A stretch of DNA of 64,000 nucleotides from Macrostomum hystrix (taxonomy: Eukaryota > Animalia > Platyhelminthes): assembly GCA_950097015.1 (NCBI GenBank), contig CATNEN010000003.1, positions 15,686,001 to 15,750,000 of the forward strand, given 5' to 3'. Below the pieces are notes generated by a model that was given only the letters and a program-made list of their open reading frames with translations, searched no databases and was not told where the DNA came from. Positions within the stretch are counted from its first letter, which is position 1. The number at the start of each line of letters is the position of its first letter. Below are positions 47,059 to 59,000 of this stretch, one piece after another. The position numbers and the translations under genes are program-made.

Positions 47059-50000
47059 AAGCGGGTCGACGCGACAAACTACGCATAAGCCGTCAACCGT
47101 CGGAGCGTCCATTGTATCGTCAAAATCTGGAAGCGGCGGCGAAGACGCCATCGAGAAGCTGAGAACTTCTGAGAAATTGATTGCCGAACTCAACGAAACC
47201 TGGGAGGAGAAGCTGAAGAAGACGGAGAACATTAGACAGCAGAGGTATGCATGAGATGGAGTGAGTCTCTAGACGTGACTGATCAGGTCTAGAAGGGGAC
47301 ACTAGATCCGCAGCCAGCGGGGAGGCAATTCTGCCCATTTCGCTGACTCCTGAGCACACACGCACACAGATACTGCACGCAGGCATACGCTCACACAGGT
47401 GCTGTTACGATTTCTTGTGCCATAAATTGAGTCTTCGCAGTAAGGGCCCGACGAGTCAAATATATTTAACTTTAACCAAGCGATAAGGAAAGGGGGTTGG
47501 TTAGAAGGGTAACATGTGCGAGGACGGGCCAGAGGGTAAGAGATGAAAGGGGAAGGAAAGAGAGACGAGGTGAGAGCCAATCAGGGCCGAAAGAGAAAAT
47601 AATGTTAATGAATGAAATGAACAGGCAGAGGGAGAGAGGAGAGAGTACATTAAGAGGGCGCGCGAAATAACAAACCGAGAAGAAGTAAATAGAGGTGTGT
47701 ACATCTGCCTTGACTTTCTCATCGTCAGGCAGTGTACACTCTCACTGTACATTGGAGGTTGGCCCTCAAAGGCGTAAATTGCACGACAAGCCCCCACGCC
47801 TTCTATCAGCGGCTGCGCCCAGACAAATGTGTCCTCGCTGCGGAGGCTATGCCCTCCTTGTTATGTTTGCGTCCGGCTTCTGACAGAAAGGTTATGAGTT
47901 CGAATCACAGGCCAAATGGTAGAAAAAATTTTCTTAAGCAGGAGTGAGGTGTCGAAATGGGAAATGTGAGAGAAGTGAGGTGAGTTATTTATTCTTAGCA
48001 AAACATTTGAGTTCGCAATTTTCCCAAAACACTTCTCAAAAGCAAGCCAACCCGCAATTTGCAGAGAGCACCAACTGGCAGAGATGGGCCTGGCCCTGAC
48101 CAATGAAGGCGGTGCTCTGGGAGTGTTCTCACCGAAGCGTACACCGCATCTCGTCAATCTGAATGAGGATCCACTGATGTCAGAGTGCCTAATCTACTAT
48201 CTGAAGGAGGGCGAGACTAGGTAATTAATCAATAAATTGCAGTTCGAAATCAAACATAATATATGCACTTAATCTATAATCGTTTTCATAGATCAGTGTA
48301 AAATATTGTCTTCAAGCCACAAAAAATATATTTCAATTTAGAGTCGGCAGACCAGGAGCAGCTGTACCGCAGGATGTTCAGCTCAGCGGTGACTATATTC
48401 AGCCTGAGCACTGCGTGTTCGACTTGCGAAACGGTGAGGAAGAGAGAGAGGGAAAGAGAGAGATGGAAGGAGAGAGAGGGAAGGAGTGAGAGGGATGGAG
48501 AGAGAGGGAAGGAGAGAAAAGGAAAGAGAGAGAGAGAAAAAGAGAGAGGGAAAGAGAAAGAGGGAAGGAGAGAAAAGGAAAGAGAGAAAGAGAAAGAGGG
48601 GAAGGAGAGAAAAGGAAAGAGAGAGAAAGAGAAAGAGGGGAAGAGAGAAAGAGAAAGAGAGAGAGAGAGAGGGAAAGAGAAAGAGGGAAGGAGAGAAAAG
48701 GAAAGAGGGAGAGGGAAAGAGAGAGAGGGTAAGAGAGAGGGTAAGAGAGAGAGGGGGAAATAAATAGAAAGAGGGAGAGACGGAACGAGAGGGACAGAAA
48801 TAGAGAGAGGGATATAAGGAGATGAATTATTGAGGTGCCAGCTAGAGTGGCTTTAAAGAGAGGAAGAGAAGAAACACAAACCAGCTTTAGCCAACTATAA
48901 ACCATTTTGCCTGCAGGTTCCGTGACCCTGACTCCACTGGAAACCGCCGAGTGCTACGTGAATGGCAAGAAGGCTGTACAAGCCACGCCACTGAAGTCTG
49001 GTTCCCGGGTGATTCTGGGCAAAAGCCACGTTTTTCGCTTCACTGATCCGTTGCAGGCCAGGGAGCAGAAGGTTGACACTCCTACTGGTGAGTAGTCTGG
49101 TTGCTTTGAGTCTAAATAATAATGCTCAGCGGCTTGTCGTGCAATTTGCGCCCTTGAGGGCCAACCTCCAAGGTACAGTGAGAGTGTACACTGCCTGACG
49201 ATGAGAAAGTCAGGGAAGATGTACACACCTGTGTGAGCGTGTGCCTGCGTACAGTATCTGTGTGCGTGTGTGCTCAGGAGTCAGGGAAATGGGCAGAATT
49301 GCATCCTCGCTGGCTGCGGGTCCAGTGTCACCAAATGATGTCCCATTGCCCGCAGCCCTCCTGCAATCATTATTATTTTTTTTTGCTTAGCCGAAGGTGT
49401 GGACTGGCAGTACGCCATGGCAGAGCTCCTGGACAAGCAGGGCGTCGATCTGCGCAAAGAGATGGAACTGCGGCTGCTGCAGCTGGAGGAGCAGTACAAG
49501 CGGGACAAGGTGCTGGCTAATAGAGAGTTTGAGAAGCAGCGCAGAGTGAGTTGTTGAATTTTTCACGTTGAGAATATTATAGAATACTAATAAAATACTT
49601 CGTAATATTTTAGATAATTTTTTTATTACTTTTAATTTAAAATTGTCCTACGAATTTCTGATAAATCGACCATCCAGACCCCATTCCCTACTTATCTTAG
49701 GTGAGCAAAACGCCCACCCACTCCTTAATTATGAAACTAATTAATTGCACACCTCAGGACTACGAGGCCACGATACAGTCCCTGCAGGAGCAGGTGATAA
49801 TGAGCCAGAGCATGGTCTCATCTATGCTCGGCTCGTGCTACATCGCTGACGACTCTGAAAGTGCGGAAGCTGACGAAAAAGGTAAGCTGACTTCGTGCTC
49901 GTAAAAGTACATCTACGTAAATTGATCAGGCTTGGATGTAAATTTATTATCTGATTTGAGTACACAAATAAAATTTTACAGCAAAGTGGAACCGGCGCGA

Positions 50001-53000
50001 GTTTCACCTAGCGAACTGGGCGTTCTCCAAATGGAAAGATCATCAGTACACATCTCTAAGGGTGAGGATTGACTCTCTGTCTACCTAGATATTTTTTCCT
50101 AATATCCCATGCAGCTGTTGGTGAAATATTAGTTAGAGAAAATTTAGCGCAAAGCACACCAGTCACCTGCTGCGTTAGCAATTCATTAATTTGCGGAACG
50201 GAAATATTTTGCTATATTTATTATGCCATTTTATTAGAATTAATCTATCATTGTTTCTACCCTCTTGCAGCTAACTGTGCTTTGCCAACATCATTTTTTC
50301 TGTGTCTCAATTTTAAACAAATGTTATTTGTTTATCTGGACTTAAAAATTCACTTTTTGCACTTTTTTAAGGGTTGTCGACTGTTGCTGCAACCAGCTTG
50401 GCAAATCAAGGTATCAGAGACCAGCGTACAAAAGTCCCGCAAAACACCTGCGAATTATTAAGAATATGTCCTTACTCTGCTTAGTTTAAAGATTAAAATC
50501 AAAGAAAATGAAGATTAGAGTTTAACTTCTTCGGATAAGAATTTGTAGTTCAAGAAAAAAATCATTTTGTTTGTTTGTGTCCTGATAATTTAATTAAGAT
50601 ATCATGTTGTAACTATTAGTGTCAAGAGCTCTTTAAAAACTTTATTGCAGTCAAATTTTCGTTTAAAATAGCTTAGTTCTTTATACTTGTACTTTAGATA
50701 TAGCAGCAGGTGACTTGGGTAAAGTTAGCGAATAAAGCGTTTTAGTGGAGCAGCGGTGCTGGCTTTAATAGCCAGCCTCCTTTACCATTCCCCCAGACAC
50801 TCACAACTCCCCCAGACACTCACAACTCCCCCAGACACTCACAACTCCCCCAGACACTCACAACTCCCCCAGACACTCACAACTCCCCCAGACACTCACA
50901 ACTCCCCCAGACACTCACAACTCCCCCAGACACTCACAACTCCCCCAGACACTCACAACTCCCCCAGACACTCACAACTCTTCCAATCTCTCCCAGACAC
51001 TCTCCCCCAGACACTCTCACCCAGACACTCTCCCCCAGACACTCTCTCCCTGACACTCTCCCCCAGACACTCTCACCCAGACACTCTCCCCCAGACACTC
51101 TGGCACCGGCATCTTCCCCAGATTCTCGCCCACAGCTTAGCTATTATACAACAAAAAATCATTTTAAAACCATTTTATAGCCGTGTTGTTTCTCTAAATT
51201 ATTATTCCTAATCGCAAGTGAAATTATTCCTCGTTGGGAAAGTACAAAAGTATTAAAATTCCAACTAATTTACTGCTGTTTTCCTACCTAAATAACTCTA
51301 GCAACAGTTCGAAAGCATGCAAATCAGTAGATTTTCTGTATGTTCTATACCTTCTGAATAATTGGGCCTTCAGAGATTTCTAAAACGGTTCTGAGTGGCC
51401 CACTTGCAGTGTCTTATTCATAGTAGCACTGTTGTGAGTTGTGTGTCTTAATTCACCAACTTCGCTTTATAAGGCTCATTTTTGGGGACTTTTTTAGGTG
51501 ACAACATCTGAGCAAAAAATTAAGTACAAAGGGGAAACAACATTATCTTTGAAAGCCAACATTCTAATTTACTATAGCACTTGATAAGACAACGTTCCTT
51601 CAATATAAATGAATTTAAATTAAGTCTAGAAACTTAGTTAAAAATGGCGTTTCACGTGTTCTCCTGTGAAACTTGTGAATCTGCGCAAGCATTTCCGCTA
51701 TTTCGAGTCAAAATTATTCTCCAACGTCACTTCATAAATCATTTTTGTCTTTAAGCTTTAAAACCGTCCGAAATTTGTTATACCTTATCATTCAGCTTGG
51801 CGCGACTAATTGAAAAGCATATCGAACATGTGTGATTTTCAAAGAACGTTTCTCTTTAAACGCACATGTCATATTGTAATTACATACTCAATTACATACT
51901 CTAACTTCTGTAGTGATTTTAGTCCTATACAACATCATTTACAAATCTACGATTGCATCCTCAATTGATGCTAAAATGTTTTTTTAACAATCGCTTCGAT
52001 CTATCTTCGTTTTGTCTGTTCTAATATTCTTTTCCTACATGAATGAAATTAATCAACTAAATGGTTCAGTTTACGTAAGTCGTTTTCAACCTGTCTAATT
52101 ATAGCTCGTAATTACACAACCTGTCAGGATGACCTTTGGGCAAATGCTGCCTACCTGAAGGAGGCGAACGCCATCGGTGTGGAGCTAAATAAGCGGGTGA
52201 GTTTGATTGTTAATTTAATGCTTTACATTGATAAGTAATCGCTCTTATCTTAACTAGTCGAAAAACTACACGTAATAAACATTTTAAATTTGCGATTGTC
52301 ATGTCATAATAAATAATTGCCGGAGGGCTGCGAGCAGTGGCACATAATTTAGTGACACTGGACCTGCAGTTAGCGATGAGGCAATTCTGCCCATTTTGCT
52401 GACTCCTGAGCACACCTGCACACACCTACACCACGCTCACACAGGTGTGTACATCTGCCCTGACTTTCTCATCGTCAGGCAGTGTACACTCTCACTGTGC
52501 CTCGGAGGTTGGCCCTCAAGGGCGTAAATTGCACGACAAGCCCTCAAGGCCTTCTCTCCGCGGCTGCGCCCCAAATGAATGTGGCCTCGCCGTAGAATCG
52601 AGCTCAGGGACCTTGGTGCGAGAGGCAAACGCGTGAACCGAATTTGCAATTAGAAAGTAATGATAATTACGTATCAAGATAAGAGTTTTACTTAACAGTT
52701 TCCCTTGGGGAAAGACAACGATTTCAAACGATAGCTTCCAAATGTGACTGAAATCTGTGTGTCTTGTGTGATTGAAATCTGTGTCTTGTGTGATTGAAAT
52801 CTGTGTGTCTTGTGTGATTGAAATCTGTGTGTCTTGTGTGATTGAAATCTGTGTGTCTTGTGTGATTGAAATCTGTGTGTCTTGTGTGATTGAAATCTGT
52901 GTGTCTTGTGTGATTGAAATCTGTGTGTCTTGTGTGATTGAAATCTGTGTGTCTTGTGTGATTGAAATCTGTGTGTCTTGTGTGATTGAAATCTGTGTGT

Positions 53001-56000
53001 CTTGTGTGATTGAAATCTGTGTGTCTTGTGTGATTGAAATCTGTGTGTCTTGTGTGATTGAAATCTGTGTGTCTTGTGTGATTGAAATCTGTGTGTCTTG
53101 TGTGATTGAAATCTGTGTGTCTTGTGTGATTGAAATCTGTGTGTCTTGTGTGATTGAAATCTGTGTGTCTTGTGTGATTGAAATCTGTGTGTCTTGTGGG
53201 ATTGAAATCTGTGTGTCTTGTGGGATTGAAATCTGTGTGTCTTGTGTGATTGAAATCTGTGTGTCTTGTGTGATTGAAATCTGTGTGTCTTGTGGGATTG
53301 AAATCTGTGTGTCTTGTGTGATTGAAATCTGTGCGTCTTGTGTGATTGAAATCTGTGTGTCTTGTGTGATTGAAATCTGTGTGTCTTGTGTGATTGAAAT
53401 CTGTGTCTTGTGGGAAAGTGTCTCAAAGGTTATTCGGTGCATCCTCAGATCTACAAATTTTCTAAACTATTCAACACAGGTACAGTTCCAGTTCGCCCTA
53501 CTAACCGACACAGCCTACACACCACTGAGCCAGGATCTGTTGCCAGGCGATCCGACCGTTTCCGGGCGACAATATCCTAGAACAGTGCTGGCTATCGAGG
53601 TGCAGGATTTGAAAAATGGTGCCGTGCATCATTGGAGCCTGGAGAAGTTCAAGTAAGGCCCGATAGAGCTCGTATGTAGTCTCCAATTAGAACAGGTGGG
53701 TGGGGTGTTTGGGGTTCGGCGTCTCGATAAAGTTTCGGGACGGGGTTCGAGACTGGAGTGATCGGGAATTTTCGAGGATTTTAGTTTTCTATTAAAAAAG
53801 TAGAATCTATAGAGTTATATAATAAACCGTTAAAATATTTAATTTTCATTCGGGACACATTTTTTTTCAAAAAATTATCGAGATTCATAGAATCTCTAAA
53901 ATCTCTTCCTAATTCCGAATCACAGACAAATTGGCATTGTGAATAACTTGGATTTTTATATCTATTTACTTGATAAATTTGATAGGATAGTCAATACAAT
54001 ATATACTCGCAATAGCAAGTTCTTATTTAGCTGATTCAGGCCAAATGGAAAACAAAGGAGTAATAATTGAGAAGGTGAAGAGGAACGCAAGGCTTGAAAA
54101 GGCCTGTGTGCACTATTATATATTTAGACTGTCAAAAGTGTCGCGTCAACAACCAAACCCCCACCCCAGCTTAGACCGGTCTGGGGCAGACAGTAAACCC
54201 CCTAGCCAATCACAACGCGCCACATGCGCTCTAGCACTCTAGGCGGCATGCAAGCCGCATTCACAACATTATTATAGCAAACATCATCAGAGCAAGAGCA
54301 AATTTTAAATGATTAGGATTAAAATTATGAAATATTTCTATTTTGCAAAGCATAGCTTTACATAAGACGATTAATAGAATAGCACCGAACGTTATTTTAG
54401 TAAAATTTAGCGAATTTACCTAATTGTTGTTAATTTTCTTATTACTTGTCTTCGTGGCTTGATCGTGAGTCGTGACGTTTTTCTTAAATCGCGAATCGCA
54501 GTTTTGTCTTTAAGACACAAACTATTCTGACTCCAGAAAAACTTTTTACCCTCTGTTACTTTGAGATCTGTATGTTTTCAGTGCTTTTAAAATTTCGGGG
54601 TTTTGGAGTGCCCCGAAAGATTATCGGGATCTGGGTTTACTCCGAACCCGAAAAACGGCATCCCGAATACCCCTATCCCGGGTTCTCGGAAGCCATATAT
54701 ATCCGTGTCATTCTGTCCATCGTCAGTCGATTGTCGTAGACTCAGCCGATAGTCTATGGCCCAAGCGGAAGCGCTCATCTGCCAAGTTTATTAGCAGAAC
54801 TCAGTGAACTCAATTTACAAGTATAACATAATTTCTTTCGCTATGTAAATTGAACGAAATTCATGACAAAATATAAATATTATACTAGTATATTGGCATG
54901 TAGACAACAAACAACGTCAGGAACTCGGGTTTATGGGTACAGGATTCTACATTAAATTGACGTTTTTGTTAAAATTCGACAGGAAAAAATCCAGTTAACT
55001 AAGGTCAAGAACTCTGTGTCTGATGGTCAAGTGAATTTTATTAGAGAACAAGAAAATATAGAATCAGAGGAAGAAGCCGTTACTTAGACCAGTTACACGG
55101 ATAGACATACTGTAACACCCCATCAACTAGCCATTCAACTCATCCGTATTTAGGCAACGCTTGGAGCTAATCAGAGACCTGTACCGACAAGAGGTGGACA
55201 GTGGCCTATCCGAGCCGAACTCTTTGACGCCAACCGCTGCGTCTGCGGTCTCCGCACCAGGTCGAGATCCATTCTACGATCGATTTCCGTGGTTTCGGCT
55301 AATTGGAAGGTCAGCGATTTATTCTCGAATGTCATTATCCAAAGGACATACCTAAAGAAAAATAGAAATGAATATGCGACCCCTTTGATTTATTGACCAC
55401 AAATTCTTCAGAGCTTTTGTCCACTTGTCGAACCTGTACTACAACGTGCCGCTCATTCATCGAGCCGCAATTGTAAGCGAGAAGGGCGTTGTCAAAGGTT
55501 TCCTCCGTGTCGCCGTCCAGATAGTCGCCGACGACGACTCGCTGGTGAGCGACAACGGCGGCGGTCTCCGTCAGTCGGGCAGCGCTCGACTGCAGTTCGA
55601 CGATCGCGATTATTTCGCTAAGAAGGCGGCCGCTGCGGCTATTCGTCGAAGTCCAACTGCGTCGTCAATTACTGGTGGAGCTGGGGAACCAACCGCTGAG
55701 GAAGATTTCGGAGGCTGGAGGCGCATTGTGGAAGGTGACGACGGCTCTGCTGGCCATTCGACGTCCAATTTTTTGACAACGAATTCCACAGGAATCCAAG
55801 AGATAGAAAAATGTTTAGACTTCAATCCTGTCTCTTTGCCTGAGCATCTGGCGCTTGGTCACAATGTGGCCTTCCGGGTCACCGTTCTGCAAGCTGTTGG
55901 CATCGGGCCGGAGTTTTCCGACGTCTTCTGCCAGTACAGCTTCATGCACCGCGCTGAGGAAACTTTCAGCACAGAGCCGACGAAAAACTCTGCTGAAACG

Positions 56001-59000
56001 GGTGAGCCTGTTGGCTTTTATCATGAGCAGAACTTTGCCACGGTGTCCACCCGAGCCTTCGTTGATTACCTGCGCAATCAGCCTCTTGTCTTCGAGGTCT
56101 ACGGACATCAGACGTCAGTGGGTATTGGAGCAGGTTTAGCCAGCTTTATGGTCTCCGAATCCAGTCACAGTGGCCTGTCTTCGCTGGGCGCTCCTGCATC
56201 GTCTCGAGATTCTTCCTCCCCACCGACGTCGCAGCAGCAGCGATGGCGCCAGGCGCAGACGCAGTCAGCTGCTGTTCCTGTGCCACCAATTCGACTACAG
56301 CCTCCGCCTCTGCTACTGTCCTCTGGACTCAATGCAGCTTCTGTTGGGTCACTTCAGGTAAGTTATTGCTTCCGGTTGATAACATATAATGCTTGTCTAA
56401 AAATCTTAGACATCAGATAATCTTATCAAGCCCGTTAGGCTTCTCTCCGCGGCATCGCATGAATGAGGCCTGGCCGCAGACTGAGCTTTTTTGAGCTTAG
56501 GGACTTAAGTCCAAGAGCTGGACACTATTACCTCACTCAGTTCCTGAGGATAGTACAGAAGATAACAATGCTCGAAAAGATTCCTTAGTAACTGACGCTG
56601 GTTTTTTTACTAATTCGTGAAAGAACCTCAAGCATTTAACCCGCCCTTTGGTAAATCCAGACGCGTTTCGACCTGCTAGCCAGCTTCGAACTACTCGAGC
56701 TGGCTCCCACCGGTGACTACACCGCGGTGGCCGTCGATCATGCCGAGGACGCGCCGTGCCAGGGCGTCTTCCTGCTCCGCCATGGCCTGCAGCGCCGTCT
56801 GGCAGTGACGCTGGCTCACGAACCCGGCCCCCCTGAAGTGGCCGTGCGCGAAGCTCGCGAGCTGGTGGTTGGTCGAGTTCGCGATGCGTTGGAGTCCATC
56901 GGCGATGTCGCTGAGACGCAGTCGCGAGCTCAATCGTTGAACCTACTTCAGTCGGGCAGTCTGTCTAGCCAGGCGTCCGTAGCTGGTCTTGAAGGCGACG
57001 AACGAATCTACAGTCGCTTCGAGGCGTCCTGGGACAGTTCCCTGCACGAGAGTCCCCTGCTGAACACGGTCACACCTCCAGGCGAGCGAGTGTACCTCAC
57101 GGTGTCCTGCTACATCGAAGTCGAAGGTTGCTGCCAGCCTGTCTGCCTCACCAAGGACCTGGCTTTGATTATCTATCCAAGAGATACAAAACTTACCATG
57201 CCAAGGTGAGAATTTTTTATTATTGCTTGCTCGCTTTGTAGTTCGGTTATAGTTAAATTATTATACATATGCAACTATTATAAGTTTGCAACAAATAATA
57301 ACTTTGAGAAGTTTTCGTAGTATTTGGCTTTGAACTCAGGTATGTTGCCATTCCCTCTCAGCTGTTACAACAGCCTCTGTCGAACGGCCAAATACATGTG
57401 TGTTAAGCTAATCTGAAACTTATATAGGCCGAATCCAGAACTCCAGACTGTATATAGTACCCCTTACTCCTTTTGTTTCGTTCGCCTTTTGACGCCGGGC
57501 AAGCATGAATCTTGCACCGTTAATAAAATTTAAACGGTTGCATGTAGTTTGGTGAAATCCTCTTAAATAACCTGTGGCCTGATGTGCTTTTCTTATAGTT
57601 GGTGTTTTGTTTACTTGCTTATTGTCCTTTCAAATTACAATAAATATTCTTACTGTCCATTTGCAATATAGAAAACAAGACAAATTTAACATTCCATTTT
57701 TTCGCAAGTACGAGGTCGCATTGCCGCATGATAAAATTTAATTCAGCTTGTTTAAAAACAGGTTAAACTAATAAAACTTCAATATGTTTCACTTCATTTG
57801 GCAGCATAACGCAAAATGTTTCACTGTGAGTACAGCCAATTTGAGAAAATGATAGATGATAATAGCACATTTTTCCGCTGAAGCTATACACAACTCACAA
57901 GCGAGTGCATGGCTATTATAATTAACCATACAATAGAATAGTGGATGTCATATGTGTACACCGGATTGCTTTTTCGATCTATATTATCTTATATTCTTGT
58001 CAAGTCTTCAATCTGTGTTTGAGTCCTTCAGTTTCTGTTTTTGAGCATCTACATTTCCTCCCTCTCAGTGTGGTACGATTCTCCACTTCGTTGTGCAATA
58101 GTGTGTTTGTTCCGTTTTTGGGGCCCATTAACTATAGAAAGACCAGTCTATCCTCACCCTGGGGAAAGACCACAGTGATATTTCAAATACCCACAAATAG
58201 CAGATACAGAAAAAGAAAAATGTGGGTATTCCTACGGTTTCCATAAGTCGAGCGGGTTAAAATCGTGAGTCATAGTCTTGAGAACTAAACGTGTGCAAAA
58301 CTTTTCTTGCTTGTCGAAAACACATCCGAGAAAAAGCATGCCATTAAAAATCAATAGATGTTGTCGCTTAAATTTTCTGCTTTTGTTGTTTACGTTGTAC
58401 ATTTACTAACAGAACCCTTTAAAAGGCTTAACTCGTAGGTGTTTAGATGTGACTAAAAAATACTAATCCATAATTGAACGTTCGTAAGATTTTGAATTTA
58501 ATTGTTTCTTTGGCTTCTATTAATATCACCTTGAAAGCTTACCTAAGTCGGTCATAACTTTGAAATATTATATGCCTTAACAGCAGGACAACCAACCCAT
58601 TTTGCCGCCAGTTTTATACCATTTCTCTCCCCAATTGGTAGTTCTACTGTTAAGGTAGATCTGCAGCTACATAGTCGAACTAATTAATCTAGATTTTATG
58701 ATGTTCTAACGGAATAAATTTTAAATTGAATTGAAAAGTCCAATTTTATCTTTGGATGCGCACTTATATTAATTATCTGATTGATTCGAAATACGTCTTA
58801 AAAGCAGCGATGCGTAATTAACCTTCAGGTCCATCAAGCAGCTATTTGGCAGTTGGTGCCGTCCTCAGGATGTGAATCGAGTCACTTCCGTCTACGACCT
58901 TCAGATCTACCAGGTTTCTGAGAAGTGTAAGTAGGTAATATGTGTAAACATTGCAACTTAAAATAGCTAACACAAGTAGTATAAGCGTATAAAAAACTAT

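Noticed and set aside
52516-53656. ITQDTQIS / CVIEICVS repeat ORFs
   Set aside because: 24-bp minisatellite; only 53480-53652 is a true KIF1A exon.
53700-54700. TCGGG/CCCGA-rich patches suggesting MITE ends
   Set aside because: Could not define matching TIRs or a TSD.
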